Assembly (NCBI RefSeq): GCF_001194135.2
Contig: NC_069000.1
Location: 8,428,688-8,492,687 of the forward strand
DNA length: 64,000 nucleotides
Direction of reading: 5' to 3'
Source of the DNA: Octopus bimaculoides
Taxonomy: Eukaryota
In this document: positions 49,331-63,402 of the stretch, piece after piece
How positions within the stretch are numbered: the first letter of the stretch is position 1
Layout: each line of letters opens with the position of its first letter
Made by a program: the position numbers and the translations under genes
The notes under the pieces: model-generated
The model's input: only the letters and a program-made list of their open reading frames with translations
Databases searched by the model: none
What the model was told of the DNA's origin: nothing

Positions 49331-52300
49331 AATAACAACAGAAAATAGGAAGCGATACGTGTGTGTCAACACAACTGATGAATGAAATAAATAGTAAACT
49401 ATTTTTATCAGAAAGGCAATAATACAGCTATCATGTCAAAGAACAACGGAGTCATCTCCCTTACTAGATTACTATTTAGAGTTAATTCCCTTGTCTTCCT
49501 CTGATTCCTGCATACACTTAACCAAATGTGTGTATGCGTGCGAGTGTGTGTGTGATGTGTGTGTGTAGATAATCAAATTTAACATTCTAACTATTGCCAC
49601 ATCTATTTATCTTTATGGTGATTGCTATACAGAAGCTTGCTTCCAAAAGACATGGTTTGAAGTGGCACTTACTCCTGGAAAGGTCTTGCAGTCAGAGTCC
49701 CCAAGTAGCCATTATAGACATATTACAGTCATGCTATTTAGCTCTCTTTATTTTGGGGCCACGGGCCCAATTAGCCCTTAGCTTAAAACTCTGCACAGAG
49801 TGTAGCTTTTAAGCTAGTGAATAAATAAGATTAAAAAAACTTGAACTTATACACGAATGGTTGGAGAAATATTTGCTAATCATTCCATTTGAGGCTAGCA
49901 ACTTGTTAAAATTTATTATCTTTGGGGTTTACACAAGCCAGGGGGTAAACTGCAGCCTGCCTGTGGGACTTTCCGATTGGCATGCCTAACAAAATGATTG
50001 CTTTGAACTTGTCTTTTAAGAGTGCAGCGCACCTGATGATGAGCTGTGTCTTCTCGATAAACGTTACCTATCAAAAATTGCCAAAAGGTAATCTTTATAT
50101 TCAGCTTAGCATGGATGCCTTGTCAGAAGACTGAGTACCCTGTTGTTAGCCTTGAGAGAAATGTCAGGTTTACACAATGGCTGAAGAGAAAATTGAGTGA
50201 GGGAAGGAGGTGATAATAATAAATAAATTAAATAAAAGCAAAAATAACAAACAAATAAAATAAAAAATAAAAATGAAGATTAATAAGTTAAAAATAAAAA
50301 TAAAAAGCATAAAATAAAATTGAAAATAAAAATGAATAAATTAAAGAGAAAAGTTATAAATAAATAAAATAGAAAATAAGTAAAATAAATAGAAGAAAAG
50401 AAAACAGAAAAATGAAGAAATAAATAAATCAAAGAGAAAAATTATAAAGAAATAAAATAAAAAATAACAAGTGAAATATTGAGAAAATAAATAAAAATGA
50501 AGAATGATGAATTAAAAAATAAATAAATAAAATAAGAAAAAATGAAGAGATGGTCATGGCTCGATTGTCTTCAATCAGGACTTGAAAGCCCAACAACAAT
50601 AATAACAACAGTAACAACATTCCTTGAATTTTTATTTATTTTCAAATTTTTTTTATATTTATTTAAATCATTTAAAAATTTTTTATAATTTTTTTGTTTT
50701 TTTCGTTTTGATGTTTTTTTTGTGGGGGGAAGAAGGGGGGAGTAATATTCGAATTTATTTTTTAAATTTTTAGTTTATATTCTTTTGGTCTTTCTTTTTT
50801 TTTGCAAGTATTTTTTGAGTTCAATTATTGTTTGTTTGTTTTTTTTAATTTTTTTTTTTTCACGTTTCTGTAAGAAGTCATTTTGAATTGTGATCATCAT
50901 CATCATTATAAGTAGTAATAATAATAATACTTCTTTCTTTCTTTCTATTTCTTTTGTCAGTGAATGAAGAAAAGTTAAGTTTTTTATTCAAGTGATTTTT
51001 TCTCATTTTGTTTTTTTTTTTAATATCATTATCATAATCATCATTATTATTATTATTTTTTTTTTTTTTNNNNNNNNNNNNNNNNNNNNNNNNNNNNNNN
51101 NNNTATATATATATAGAACATGGATATATCATATATATATATATATATATAAACACATGGATATTTATGTATACATGCATATTTTATATATATATATATA
51201 TATATTCATATGTCATTATAGAGAATCATAAAGTCCTAAAAAAATAAAAGGAAAAGTACAAAAAAAGACAGACGGATATTCCTACATACATACATACATA
51301 CATACATACACCCACAGTCACATACACTTTGATACATTTTGTGATGATGGTGATTATGATGATGATGAGTAACATATTATTTTGTTATGGTCACCAAGAC
51401 AAAAACATTAACAACAATGACGATAATGATGACGACGACGATAACAAACAACAATAATTGCAATATATATACTTTTGTTTTTTTATATAGGCTCTGAAGA
51501 TTGAAATTTTTCATCGACCCCAAAAGGATGAAAGGAAAAGTCGACCTCGGCAGAATTTGGACTCAGAAGGTAGCGGCAGACGAAATTCCGTTAAACATTT
51601 TGCCTGGCGTGCTAATGATTCTGCTAGCTCGCCACCTTAACAATAATAGAAATAATAATTCTTTCTACTATAGACACAGGGCCTGAAATTTTGGGGGAAG
51701 GTGTTAGCCGATTACTTCAGCCCCCAGTGCACAACTGGTAGTTATTTCATTAATCTTGAAAGGATGACAAGCAAAGTCAGCTTCAGTGACATTGGAACTC
51801 AGAACATAGGAAGACGGACAAAATGCTACTAAGCATACTGTCTGCAGTGCTAATGATTCTGCCAGCTCATTGCCTTATAATTATTTCAAATTTTAGTACA
51901 GTACCAGTAATTTTGGAAGGAGGGAGTAGTTTTGTCAATTATATTGACCCCAGTATTTGACTGGTATTTTGTTTTATCAACCCTGAAAGGATGAGAGGCA
52001 AAGCCGGCCTCTGCAGAATTTGCACTCAGAATGTAGAGAAGAAATACCACCAAGCATTTTGTCCACCACACCTGGGGTGATGAGAAATGCAAATTTGATT
52101 TCCTGGTAAATTTGAACTCAAACCATAAAAGGATGTAACCAAAAGCTCAAAGTAACTTTGCCTACCACCCTCACCAAAACAATCCACCCACCACCCTTGA
52201 CAACCGATAATGAAATAAGTGAAATAATGAGATAAGTGAAATAAGTGTTAACGAGACATAGCATTTCCTTACTTTGGGACTATATTCCAAGAGGAATGCT

Positions 52301-52879
52301 TGTCGTTTGTTCCTCTCTACCACAGGTGCCTTCAGTACAATCCTCATGTTTTATGTGAGAAATTCAAATCTCAAATTCAATTTATTTTGAAGATGATTCT
52401 CTACTGCTTATTGCACTGCAATATTGGACTTCTTATTGGGTCAACCATGACGACAACAACAACAACAACTATTTGAGAAGAGAATGGAGTAACAACCACC
52501 ACTACCACAACAACAACAACAACAGCTTCTATTATAAGACAACCACAACCACTTCTATTTGGGGAGCAATCACAACCTCAACATCAATGGGGAATGGGGG
52601 TAGCCTCACTTGCAGCAACGTATATCAGTGGTTGAAGAGAATTATAGCTGAGCGAATCAACACAACAACAGTAATTACAATAATATTTCTTTGTTTATTT
52701 TATAAATGGTGTGGGACAAGATGAGAGGAGGAAATTCATACAACAGCTTGTTTTAATTGTGGAAGAAAAATAAAGTAATATTGGAAAATGATGCCCTATT
52801 CAAAAAATTTTATTGCGATTAGTGAACTTTCATCAAGTAAATACAGGAAGTAAGAGCTTATTATTATTCTACAGCCGAG

Positions 52880-53105
52880 CCAATACCCTGCTGGGTTCGA
52901 TGAAGAGGAAGTAGAACCAAATTGAAATCCAACAATGGTTTAAAAGACAGAAGATTTGATTTTTAGCTGCACAACACAAATGCCTAGCCACAAACACTTA
53001 CAAATATAAAACAGAAAGACAGAACACTAATATCAAGTGTAGACAATGCAACTTGTACAATGAAACGATCGATCACATCCCCTCTGGATACCCAATCACA
53101 TAACT
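52880..53105 (+). mobile_element. R4/Dong-clade fragment
   Basis: FLAAQHKCLATNTYK...KCRQCNLYNETIDHIPSGYP (degenerate AAQDQ...CRLC...ET..H..SGC). Confidence 0.7.
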
Positions 53106-54858
53106 TAGCTTAGATGTCACTTACAAAAGAGTATGTCTCAGTTTATACAATGTTTTCAGTAATTCTTTTAGGTGCCAATGAAGTCACAAGTGGGCACAAA
53201 CACCCTCTTGGCTCTTCTACCTTGGATCCAGTGGAACCTCAAGGGTGTGACAGTTGGAGAAAGAAAGAGGNNNNNNNNNNNNNNNNNNNNNNNNNNNNNN
53301 NNNNNNNNNNNNNNNNNNNNNNNNTGGGGTACTCGTTTGCAACTGAGTGGAGCAACATCAAATGATGGGCCTCGACTAAAGATACACCGTGCTGTCTGGT
53401 CCAAGAACTGAACCCATTGCTTTATGCCTGTCAGATGAACATCATAGCCACTATGCTACAAACCTTTACAAGTCCAAATATAGACGCACAGACAAGTCAG
53501 CAGCTATGTTTACTGGACTGGGTAACATGTCAATGCACTGATGTGAAAACAGACAAGAAGTGTTACAAACATGTATAAAACATGGTACATTGCAGCGATT
53601 CGGCCACAATCATCTGGGACATGCCTTTGTAAAATTGAGAAGGTGATCAAGGTAAACCATCAAGATGTATTAATGAAGGGCTGGAACAAAAATGCCCGTG
53701 TATTGATAGACTGTTATATGTTGTAAGGATTTCTTGTAAGAAATTGAAGAAACTGTAAAAGTAGAAAAGAGCTTGAAATTGAAATAAGAAGAGAGCGAGT
53801 GGGATGAAGGAGAAAATAAAAACCAATACCAGTAATAATGGGAGCACTAAGCTTATATATATATATATAAGAACATGAAAAAACATACAATCTTTACAAG
53901 AGTGTATAAAATTATACAATCCCCCACAAAATGTACTTCTGCCAGTACAGCACACATCCTATGCAAAACACTTTCAGTTCTGTAGCAAAACTCAAATTCT
54001 ACGAACAATACATACTCTGTTACAACAACCACCCAATAAAAATAAAGCCACTCATGCACAACACAATTTATTTTTGCGTTCATGAGAAATTGTCCCCCAA
54101 TGATACTTCTAACAAAATATACTGCTGATGTAGTTTGATTAATTTTTGAAAATAGTCAAGAATTTAGATGGAGTTAGTTAGGTAAAATATCAAACTTTTC
54201 CATGATGACAAAAAAAATGATATTTGCAACATAACTTAACAACAGTTTCTCACATAAAAACTATAATGGAAGGTTTTAATTTAGATAAATGCATTTTTAA
54301 AATTAGATCTTTTTTTTTTTATCATGTATCAGAAATATTGGGCAGATTAATATTGAGATGGTTAAAGCAGTGATCTGTATGTTTAATGTTTAAGTAACTC
54401 TACAAAAATACAACATGGAGCTGTGGAGTCAATTGAAGAACCAGACAGAGCAAAACATGGGAAAAATTTCTGCTTACAAAACCATTATTTCACTACAACA
54501 CTTCAGTCATATCTTCACACATCACATGCAAACACACACAAATAAAAAAAAAACAGTCTCTCATATATTTGTCTATTAATGACAATGAACCAGTAGATCT
54601 ATCAATAATGACAACAGAGAAAAAAAAAGCCCTCATCACAGTCTGTCAACAAACTAATCTCTGATGCCTATTGCTAATAACTTTTGATGATTCAGAATAA
54701 CACACTTGCTCTTATTGGAAGATTAAGGATAAAACAGAAAGCTTGGATGAACACCCTAAAGATTCTTTATGCCTAAGCAACATTTTACTGCATGCAAGCA
54801 ATTATATGTGGCAGTAATTGCAGAATTACTAACATTTGATTATTTTATGCACACACAG

Positions 54859-54931
<73 letters not shown>

Positions 54932-55239
54932 TATATATATTCTTTGTTTCAGTCATTTGACTGTAGCCATGCTGGAGCACCACCTTGAAGGATTTGACCC
55001 CAGGACTTATTCTTTGTAAGCCTAGTACTTATTCTATCAGTCTCTTTTGCCAAACTACTAAGTTACAAGGACATAAACACACCAGCACCGATTGTCAAGT
55101 GGTGATGGAGGTGGGGACAAACACACACCCAGACACAGATGGGGACAGACAGACACACAAGGATGCCCCGAAAGTCGCATACAAAAACTGAAAATTTATC
55201 TTTTCCTTTTTCATCCTGCTAATACAAATAGTAAAGGCA

Positions 55240-55500
55240 CATGGCCTAGTGGTTAAGATGTTGCACTCGTTGATCGTAAAATAGTGGTTTCAATTCCTGG
55301 ATCAGGCGGTACATTGTGTCCTTGTGCAGAACACTTCATTCATTTAATGTTGCTCTGGTCCACTCAGCTGAAAATTGGGTTCCAGTGACAGCTAGGGAGT
55401 TGACTCTGCAACAGATTCGCATCTTGTTCAGAGGTGCTGGAGGAGTGTTTATAATCTCAGCCACCTATATGTTACACGAACCAAGCAGAGTCCTGGCCTT
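55240..55500 (+). mobile_element. SINE family C (tRNA head + TGTGTCCTTGNGCAANACACTT domain); other copies about 1690-1872 (-), 26100-26255 (+), 60900-61035 (-)
   Basis: TGGCCTAGTGGTTAAG box A and GGTTTCAATTCC box B, with a shared body. Confidence 0.75.
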
Positions 55501-58500
55501 AGGAGTCCAAGGGCTCACGGCAGATCAAAGTCCTAAATCTAATACAAATTACTGCTACCACCACTACTCCTTCATCTCTCTCCTCTACACAGTTTCTATT
55601 ATGAATGCTAATTATCACAAATGACTTTAATTTCCCAAGTGGATAAATATAGAAACAGCAGCTGACCCTTAAAAATGAACAGTGCAATTAATGCTTTCTT
55701 ACATGGGTATATGGTCAAATTCAAGAAAGAGGGGCCATTACTTGATTAAATTGATCTCTGAACCCCAGTTCTTGATCAGTACTTTGTCTTATTGACCCTG
55801 AAAGAATGAAAAGCAAGGATAGCTTTCATGTGATTAGAACTTAAACAGTAAAAGGTTCCAACTAGATACTACAAGGCAGCTTTGTCTAACATTCTTATAA
55901 TTTGTTACTAATAATAATAGTCCTTTCTACTATAGACACAAGGCCTGAAATTTGGTGGGAAGGGGCCAGTCGATAAGGCCGACCCCAGTTCTCAATTGGT
56001 ACCTATTTCATGATTCTTCTAGTTTGCGACTGTGAGCACAACACCCTAACCACTAGTATCATTATTATTATTATTATTATATAACAACAACAACAATAAC
56101 TATATATTAAAAAATGTTAAAGGTTCTATGAAAAGCATTACTCAATAATAACTGGCACCCCATTGATGGATACCCTGGATAACCAATGATAAAGTAATGC
56201 CAAATATCAAGTGGAGACCTACATACACACAGACACACACACTTCTTCACCGACTACAACACCACCATCACCACCACCACCACCGCCAAAATATAACAAG
56301 GGTTCATAAAAAATATGTGACAATTAAGATACTGGCCTTTGAAAGGGTGTGGGGAGTAGGAAGAGAGAGAGAGATTGATAGAGGAGCAAGAAGATGATGG
56401 GGGAAGAGGTTGAAGGTGGTGGTGAGGGCCAATGAATAGAAACAACTTGGATCAAAGCGATGACTGGCCAAAGAACACACAATTGCAAACAACACATCAA
56501 AATTCTACATCTCAACGTGGTGAGAGAGAGAGAGAGAGAGAACAAAAGGACAACAGTAACCAAAAGAAGTTTACTAACACACTAATATGATGGATGGATG
56601 GATGGATGGATGGTAGCATCTATCAATTAGTTCATATAATGGAAGACAAATATTTCACAGCAAGTTTCATTGTTGTTGTTGTTGTTACTTGCATCGTGGT
56701 GGTTGTTAAAAGTTCATTTGCCATTTGCTTTACAAAACAAAAAAACAACAAAACACACACACATATACACATCTAGAATGCGGTTGTCCATTGAGGTTTC
56801 CCCCATACCAAACAAAGCATAAGAATTGAGACACCCCAGAGAGCAATTACACACAAAAAACAAACACACACACACAACATGACATGTCTGATCTTTGTTA
56901 TTAGGGCTACTGGAAAACATTCAAAATCATTATTCTTGAGTGCTACATGATTTACACAATGTGAATAATATACCACCAGTCATGCCCAAATGGCCTTAAC
57001 ATCAAGGTTATAACACATCCAAAAGCTGGGACTCTGTGCCAAATCCCTCTACACAATTCAGGATCATAACATATCACATTGCAAGACAATTCCTCAATGA
57101 GCCTTGGTCTATTTAATATTATCCTTAAAGAAATCAAAGAAAAAGATCCCATCAACTTCAAATGATACCTGGACAAACTTCTTCAAGGAATATCAGACAA
57201 GCCATTCCTGACTTGAATGGGGGCTAGGATACTACAAGACCTGGATTAAAAATGGCTTAATAGATTCCACCAGGATTCTACTGCTATTAAGTAAGACATG
57301 GCTTGGGTTAATTTTGGCAGAAACATACCCAAGTTTATATACATATATATACATATATATTTTATACACACATACATATATATAAACCTAGTCAAGGAAA
57401 AAGAGAGTTTGTTTTATACTGAGATTTGTGTCAGCATACATGTATGGATGTGTGAAAATTTGTGCAGAATACTTTGCCCTATGCATCATTCTCACAACAG
57501 TTTAAACATTCTCCTTCTTTAGCTTAGTTCTATCCTTTTGTTAATTTATTTCTTTGTTATAATGCCTCACTATCCCTATTAGCCAGACAATGAATTCCAT
57601 TCGTCATAACTCCAAAATGACAAAGTCTCAATCTATAAAAAAGGAGAAAAAGACAAAAAGGAAAACTGCCATGCATCTGTATGTGTATACACACACACAC
57701 ACATATGTATATCATCTGGAATTACAAATGGGACAAAGAATACTCAATTAAAATACAAATATTAAGAGAGTATTATAAATTCAAAGCTGATGGTTTCATC
57801 CCATCACTTCTCAGAGTTGTGATCCTTTAATAATAGAGAGAATTATCAACTTTAAACAAAAACACATACAATGTGTGTGTGTATTAGCTCTAGAGTGAAC
57901 AAACCTATATTATACACATATAAATGAAAGAAACTTGAGAACCACATTTTGATAAAAAATATATCAAAATTGGAATTTTCTAGAATTTTCTAGACAGTAT
58001 ATACTTTTCATAATTGCTTTCGTTTAGTAGAAGTTACATACTCATAATTAATTAAAAAGCAGCTTTCTTTAGTATAGTATATATGTATGTGTGTAGAAAA
58101 TGACACAGGAGTAGAGAGAGACAAGAGAGTGGCTGGATCAAATATTATTTACAAATATGCAACAAACTTTATAATTACACACAAGTTTCATAAATTGCAT
58201 ACACATATATTATATACACTAGCAACTTTTAAACCAAAACATTAATTAAATCTCAGCCCATTCTCTTATTCCAGACAACTCATCTGCCAGTCAAGAAGAA
58301 ACTTGTAACAAAAAAAAAAACGAAAAACGAAAAAGGTAGATAGAGGAGGGGTGGCTATGCATAGTGAAGTGTTAATTTCTTCTTGTCTCCTAATTAATTA
58401 ACAAATAGCTAAATAAAGACAATAAGTTTCACCATTATCTAAATTTGTTTTATGGGTTATAACAGAACAGCTGGTGTTAATCACAGAGATAATGAGAGGA

Positions 58501-58712
58501 AAAGAGAGGGAGGTGGAGAAAATGAAGAGAGAGAGAGAGAGAGAGATGGAGAGTGTAAGAATAAGAGTGGAAAGAGCACCATGAATGCAGTGATGATGAT
58601 GATGATGATGGAGAAGGAGCCTATACGAGCTTAATAAATGATGATGATGAAGATTATGACTAAATCTAAGTAAATGGTTGTAGGGTTAGTTTCACTGGCG
58701 GGGGGATGTAAG

Positions 58713-58763
<51 letters not shown>

Positions 58764-59006
58764 CATGCAAACACAAATATAGGTATATCGAATTCCATAC
58801 AACATAAATACTTGATTTATATAATTATCTCTGCTTCTAGAGGATGTATCATAATTACTAAATGCCAACTAAAATCAGCTCCACTAGAGAAAGGGAGATA
58901 ATATCAAGATTTATGAATTCTCCAATCCAAAGATGACCTACTATGAAGAGAAAGGACAGCTTTATTTAACTCAATTTTATTTATATCTGTTACACACACA
59001 CATATA

Positions 59007-59042
<36 letters not shown>

Positions 59043-59084
59043 GTTCCGAGACACCTTTGTGCGTTGCATATCTGTGATGTTTCA

Positions 59085-59410
59085 GGGGTCCAAGCAGGTT
59101 TCATGTCTTGTCATGTCAGAACCCTGCCCCTCATCCAGTTAACCTAGCCAGGCTTGATCAAGTCCAAGTATGTAAAACCACTGGCCTGTCTATTCTCTTT
59201 ATCCAAACCCATCTAGTGGTCCTCTATGCAGCTTCACTGATGCAATTTATGACCCTCCTGTCTGCTGCACCAGTAACTCTAAACCTAGTCAGAGCTTTGC
59301 AGAGCAAATTCCCTCCATGAAACCCCAGTAGTCTACCTCAACTGCCTCACAGCATACCAGTCAACGCTGGTATTTGGTAAGATTTTTGTCATGAGCATCC
59401 TCCATGTTGT
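59085..59410 (-). mobile_element. HERO-like non-LTR retrotransposon endonuclease C-terminus
   Basis: NMEDAHDKNLTKYQ...AVEVDYWGF and, after a frameshift, ISEAA*RTTRWVWIKR (compare EEAHERK..KY, VEVGCRGF, AEKAS.WLW.KR). Confidence 0.65.
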
Positions 59411-62400
59411 GATAGATAGACAGACAGGCAGACAGGAAAGAAGTAACAAGTAGCAGTAATATGTGTAGGTAGTAGTAGTAGTAGTAGTAGTAGTAATGAT
59501 GTGTTGTTTAGCCCTAGCCCAGTTGTGGATCCAGCAGTAAGCCCCTTTTACCCAAGGCAATCCAACCATGACAGAATCGCCCTTCTTTCAGGCATTGTAT
59601 ATCGATAACTACATTATCTGATGTGTCCTTCCATTTCCAAAACAATTGGGTGTGATTTGAGGGAGATTTGCTTATTATTTCTAGTGAATGAAGCAACTCC
59701 ATAAAGGCCCTATGCAGGCTTCTAGCAGTCATATATTCAGGTTGTAGTAGTAGTAGCAGTGATGTGTGTGCATGGGTGTAGAAGTAGGAGTGCTGATAAT
59801 AGCAGCAGTAGGAGGTATAGATAACACTGAGTGAGAAATGGTGACAGTGAGGGTAGTGGTACTGAAGGTGATGGTGGAAGCACCATCAGCAATGGTGTGG
59901 ATGGTGCTGGTAATTGTAGTAGTAGTAGAAATAGCAGCAGTGGTAGTGGTTAGTCATCTTTCCAATGACAACAGCAATCCAAGAAATAGACAGAGATTAG
60001 GGAACAAAAGGTTATCTGCCACCCCCACCTCGCCTGGTGATCTTCGTATCTGCCCACACATCTTAAGATCTTGGTCCAAGTCGTTTCTGGATATATAACC
60101 ACTCATTTTCCATTATAATGCAAGAGCAAGAGACTTAATGTGCTCCGGGAGTGTCTGCATCGTAAGGTCTGATTTGCCTTCCTCCCGGGTATCATGTCCC
60201 TAAAATTACATTAGCCAGCAGGGTCTCAGTTAGATTCTTCTTTTTAAGACAGGTGTGTTGACGGGGGAAAGAAAATTAGCCACTAATTCTAACAGGTTGA
60301 GAAATCATGTACAGGCTCCCTTATTGATTTGGCTCCTGTCAGTAGACATTGATGATCGTGATGTGTGTCGAGAAAGGTCTCACACTGATCCAGCTCCCAT
60401 GCCTTCCTTCTGTATGATCAGTAAAGCCAATCATTACCTGCAGACAGGTATGACTTCTCACTTTTGCTAATTGCTTTCACCCTTTAGTACCCAGACCATC
60501 CTGTCAAATGTAATGCTTATTTATTCACATGTGTCATCTTGTAGCTTTGAGATTTCAATGATGCAACCGCTTCATCATCATCATTTAACTCTTTAGTATT
60601 TAAACCAACCATATTCCAGCCATTTTATGTTCCAATTGACCAGATTGTAGTAGCCTCTTACATCTACATTGCAATGTTATTCTAAAACTAATCAATCACA
60701 TCATTGAAATCTTGAAGTTACAAGATAATGCAAGAGTAAAGAATCCCTCTGATCATGACTGACCATGGGATTGCACCTAGAAAGTTCCCCTCCCAAGCAG
60801 AAGTCTGGGTAAGGTTGTTCATGAAGGAGCAGCAGTCACCCATGCATACCAGCCTCTCCTCTCCATGCCACCAATGTTATCCAAGGGAAAGGCAAAAGCC
60901 GATACAGCTTGGCACCAGTGACGTCACAACTCAATTCTGTAGCTGAGCAAACTGGAGCAACGTGAAATAAGGTGTCTTGCTCAAAAAATTCATAAATCAA
61001 ACTCACTACTTCGTGATTGTGAGCCCGATGTTCTAACTACTGAGCCATGTGCCTTCACAACGATAATGCAAATTTAATACTAATCAAGGTTAATGAATAA
61101 GGATGACATATGATACGAGTAAACTGAATGTTAAAGGGTCAATGTCCACTTTTCATGCTGGTATGGGTTGGACGGTTCAACAGGAGCTGGCTAGGCAGAA
61201 GACTACACAAGGCATGGGTTTTATGGCTGGATACCTTTCCTAATGCCAACCACCCTGCAGAGTTTATTTTTAGAATGACATTGTAGAGTAGGTGTGAGAG
61301 GATGGAGCTGGTCACTTTGAACATAAAACAAGTAGAATATTTGAGATGGACATGAGAGAGGGTTAAGTCTCTATGTAGCTAAGAGTAGAGAACAAAATAG
61401 CCCCTGGGGACAGCCCCCGTGCACCCCATGGTCAAATGGAACACTTGTCATTGTAATCGACAGTAAGTATGCTGCAGTCATTTAGCCCCAGATTGGCAAC
61501 CTGACCAAAAAAGGCCAAAAATCAAAGATTTTTTCCAACCATGACTAACCCTTCATTCTCTCTGGCATAGTGTATCTAGGATTGTATTATTCAATAAGCC
61601 CTCCCTTTCCAAAACTGTAGCATGAAATTTAGGAGAGATTTAACTGCAGTTTCCAGCAGGTTGAATGGACGATATGTGAAATTGACACTGTTGAGAATAG
61701 AACCCAGATTGCAGACTGTTTAATAGAAGCTTATGACTGACTTTCCTAAGAACTCAGCCGTTGTGTTGTTTCTCACTAGATTTCAGTTAAGACAGCAGTA
61801 TATAAAATGAAAGCCTCTGTCCAGTCACTTGCCCTTCTAAAAATAGCAGTCGAACTTTTCTTAAATCACAACTTGACTTAAAAAAGAAATGGCAACTGGG
61901 ATAATGCAGCCTGAGATTAAGTTTGTCTGCAAAGACTGGATGGCCACAACAAGACTCTCTTTGAACAAGAAAAGCTTGAGGTTAAACAACTATCTTAAAC
62001 TTAGAGAAACGATTAAACTTTTGGACTGAACATGTGACAAAAGAACAAAAAAAAAATAGAAAAAGAAGCAAAAAAAAAATGATTTTATGTACATGCTTTA
62101 AAATCAATCATCATCATCATTAATCTTACAAAATAAAAAAGAAACTACAATGGAAATGTGTGTTGTGTTGTTGGACCTGAGAAAATGTCTAAAGGGCAGC
62201 AAGTCTTTGTATATATATATTTTTTTTTTTTGCTTGTTAGTTTTATGTTTTTCTTTTGTTTGTTTTTCACAGCCGAATGATTTCAAACAGCAACCACCAT
62301 ATGTAAAGAAAGAAAGAAAGGAAGGAAGGAAGGAAAAATAAAGAGAAAGGGAAAGAGAGGCTGATATTGTGATAATAAACTGACATAATAATTTCTACTC

Positions 62401-62534
62401 TAGGCACAAAACCTTGAAAATTTGGGGGAAAGGGGCTAGTCGATTATATCGATCCCAAGTGTGTAACTGGTACTTATTTCATCAACCCATTAACACTGGG
62501 CCATGCTGGGGCACCACCTTGTAAAAAGTAAGCT

Positions 62535-62652
62535 GCTTACAGCACCTAGGTTCCGAAGTGGTTACCCATCCAAGTTCTAACTAAGGCTTGATGTTGCTTA
62601 ACTTCGGTGATTGGACAAGAACTGATTCATTCAATGTGATATGGTCGTAAGC
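62535..62652 (-). pseudogene. 5S rRNA: Diverged 5S rRNA copy (118 nt)
   Basis: GCTTACGACCATATCACATTGAA...CACCGAAGTTAAGCAAC...TTAGAACTTGGATGGGTAACC...GTGCTGTAAGC. Terminal helix I still pairs. T5 follows 7 nt downstream. Many substitutions and a single copy, not an array. Confidence 0.85.
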
Positions 62653-63358
62653 CAATAATGAAGAATTTAGCAAAATAACTTCCGTCATTATGAAGCTAGT
62701 GTTTGGAACATGAATTAGCACGAGATCTTGATGGATGGTTTCTAATTCAGATCCATTTAAAAGAGGAAATTTGTATCATAGGATTAAGGGTAGTTACAGG
62801 TGGTTTGGTACCATAAAATTTAATTAACACCTGGAATATATATATGGGTGAGTGTTATGTATGTGGTGAACGTTTGTGTGTACCTTGTTAAGACATCATG
62901 TGATGGTTGTAAATGAGCATCATCATCATCATCATCATATAAGCAAAGTTATTTGTTACCAAGTATAGTTATGGGGAAAATATCACCTTGCTTGAAAAAA
63001 TAAGTGAGAGATGGCAGTAGGAAGGGCATCCAACTGTCGAAAATCCACTTCAACAAATTCTGTCTGACTAATAAAAAGTGGACATTAAATCAATTATATA
63101 TAATATATATGCACACACATTACAGTCACAGAGTAAGAGTTAATGTACAAATGCCCACACAGAAGTAGATGTATAAGTGCTTGTATCTGTAATAAACATT
63201 TGCTGTATAGATATGTATACATACATAGATACCACACACATATGATTCTGGATAAAAATTTGAATATATGTGTATGCAGTATGCCTGTATTAACATAGAT
63301 ATGTATATAACACTGAGTTTCACAATTCCAGAATGCAATTCGAGTGGATATTTGAATG

Positions 63359-63402
<44 letters not shown>

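Noticed and set aside
49375-49430. CTGATGA...GAAA hammerhead-like core with an AT-rich stem II
   Set aside because: No credible stem I or stem III can be formed; probably chance.
50033-50070. CTGATGA-TGAG...CTC-GATAAACGTT, a possible second PLE hammerhead
   Set aside because: The GAAA core is broken and there is no stem I pairing; at best a dead remnant.
58466-58475. Atonal-type E-box AACAGCTGGT near TAATTA motifs upstream of Piezo
   Set aside because: A short motif expected by chance. The nearby CTCATAATTAATT segment (about 58040) has a homologue at about 8160, so it is a dispersed repeat.
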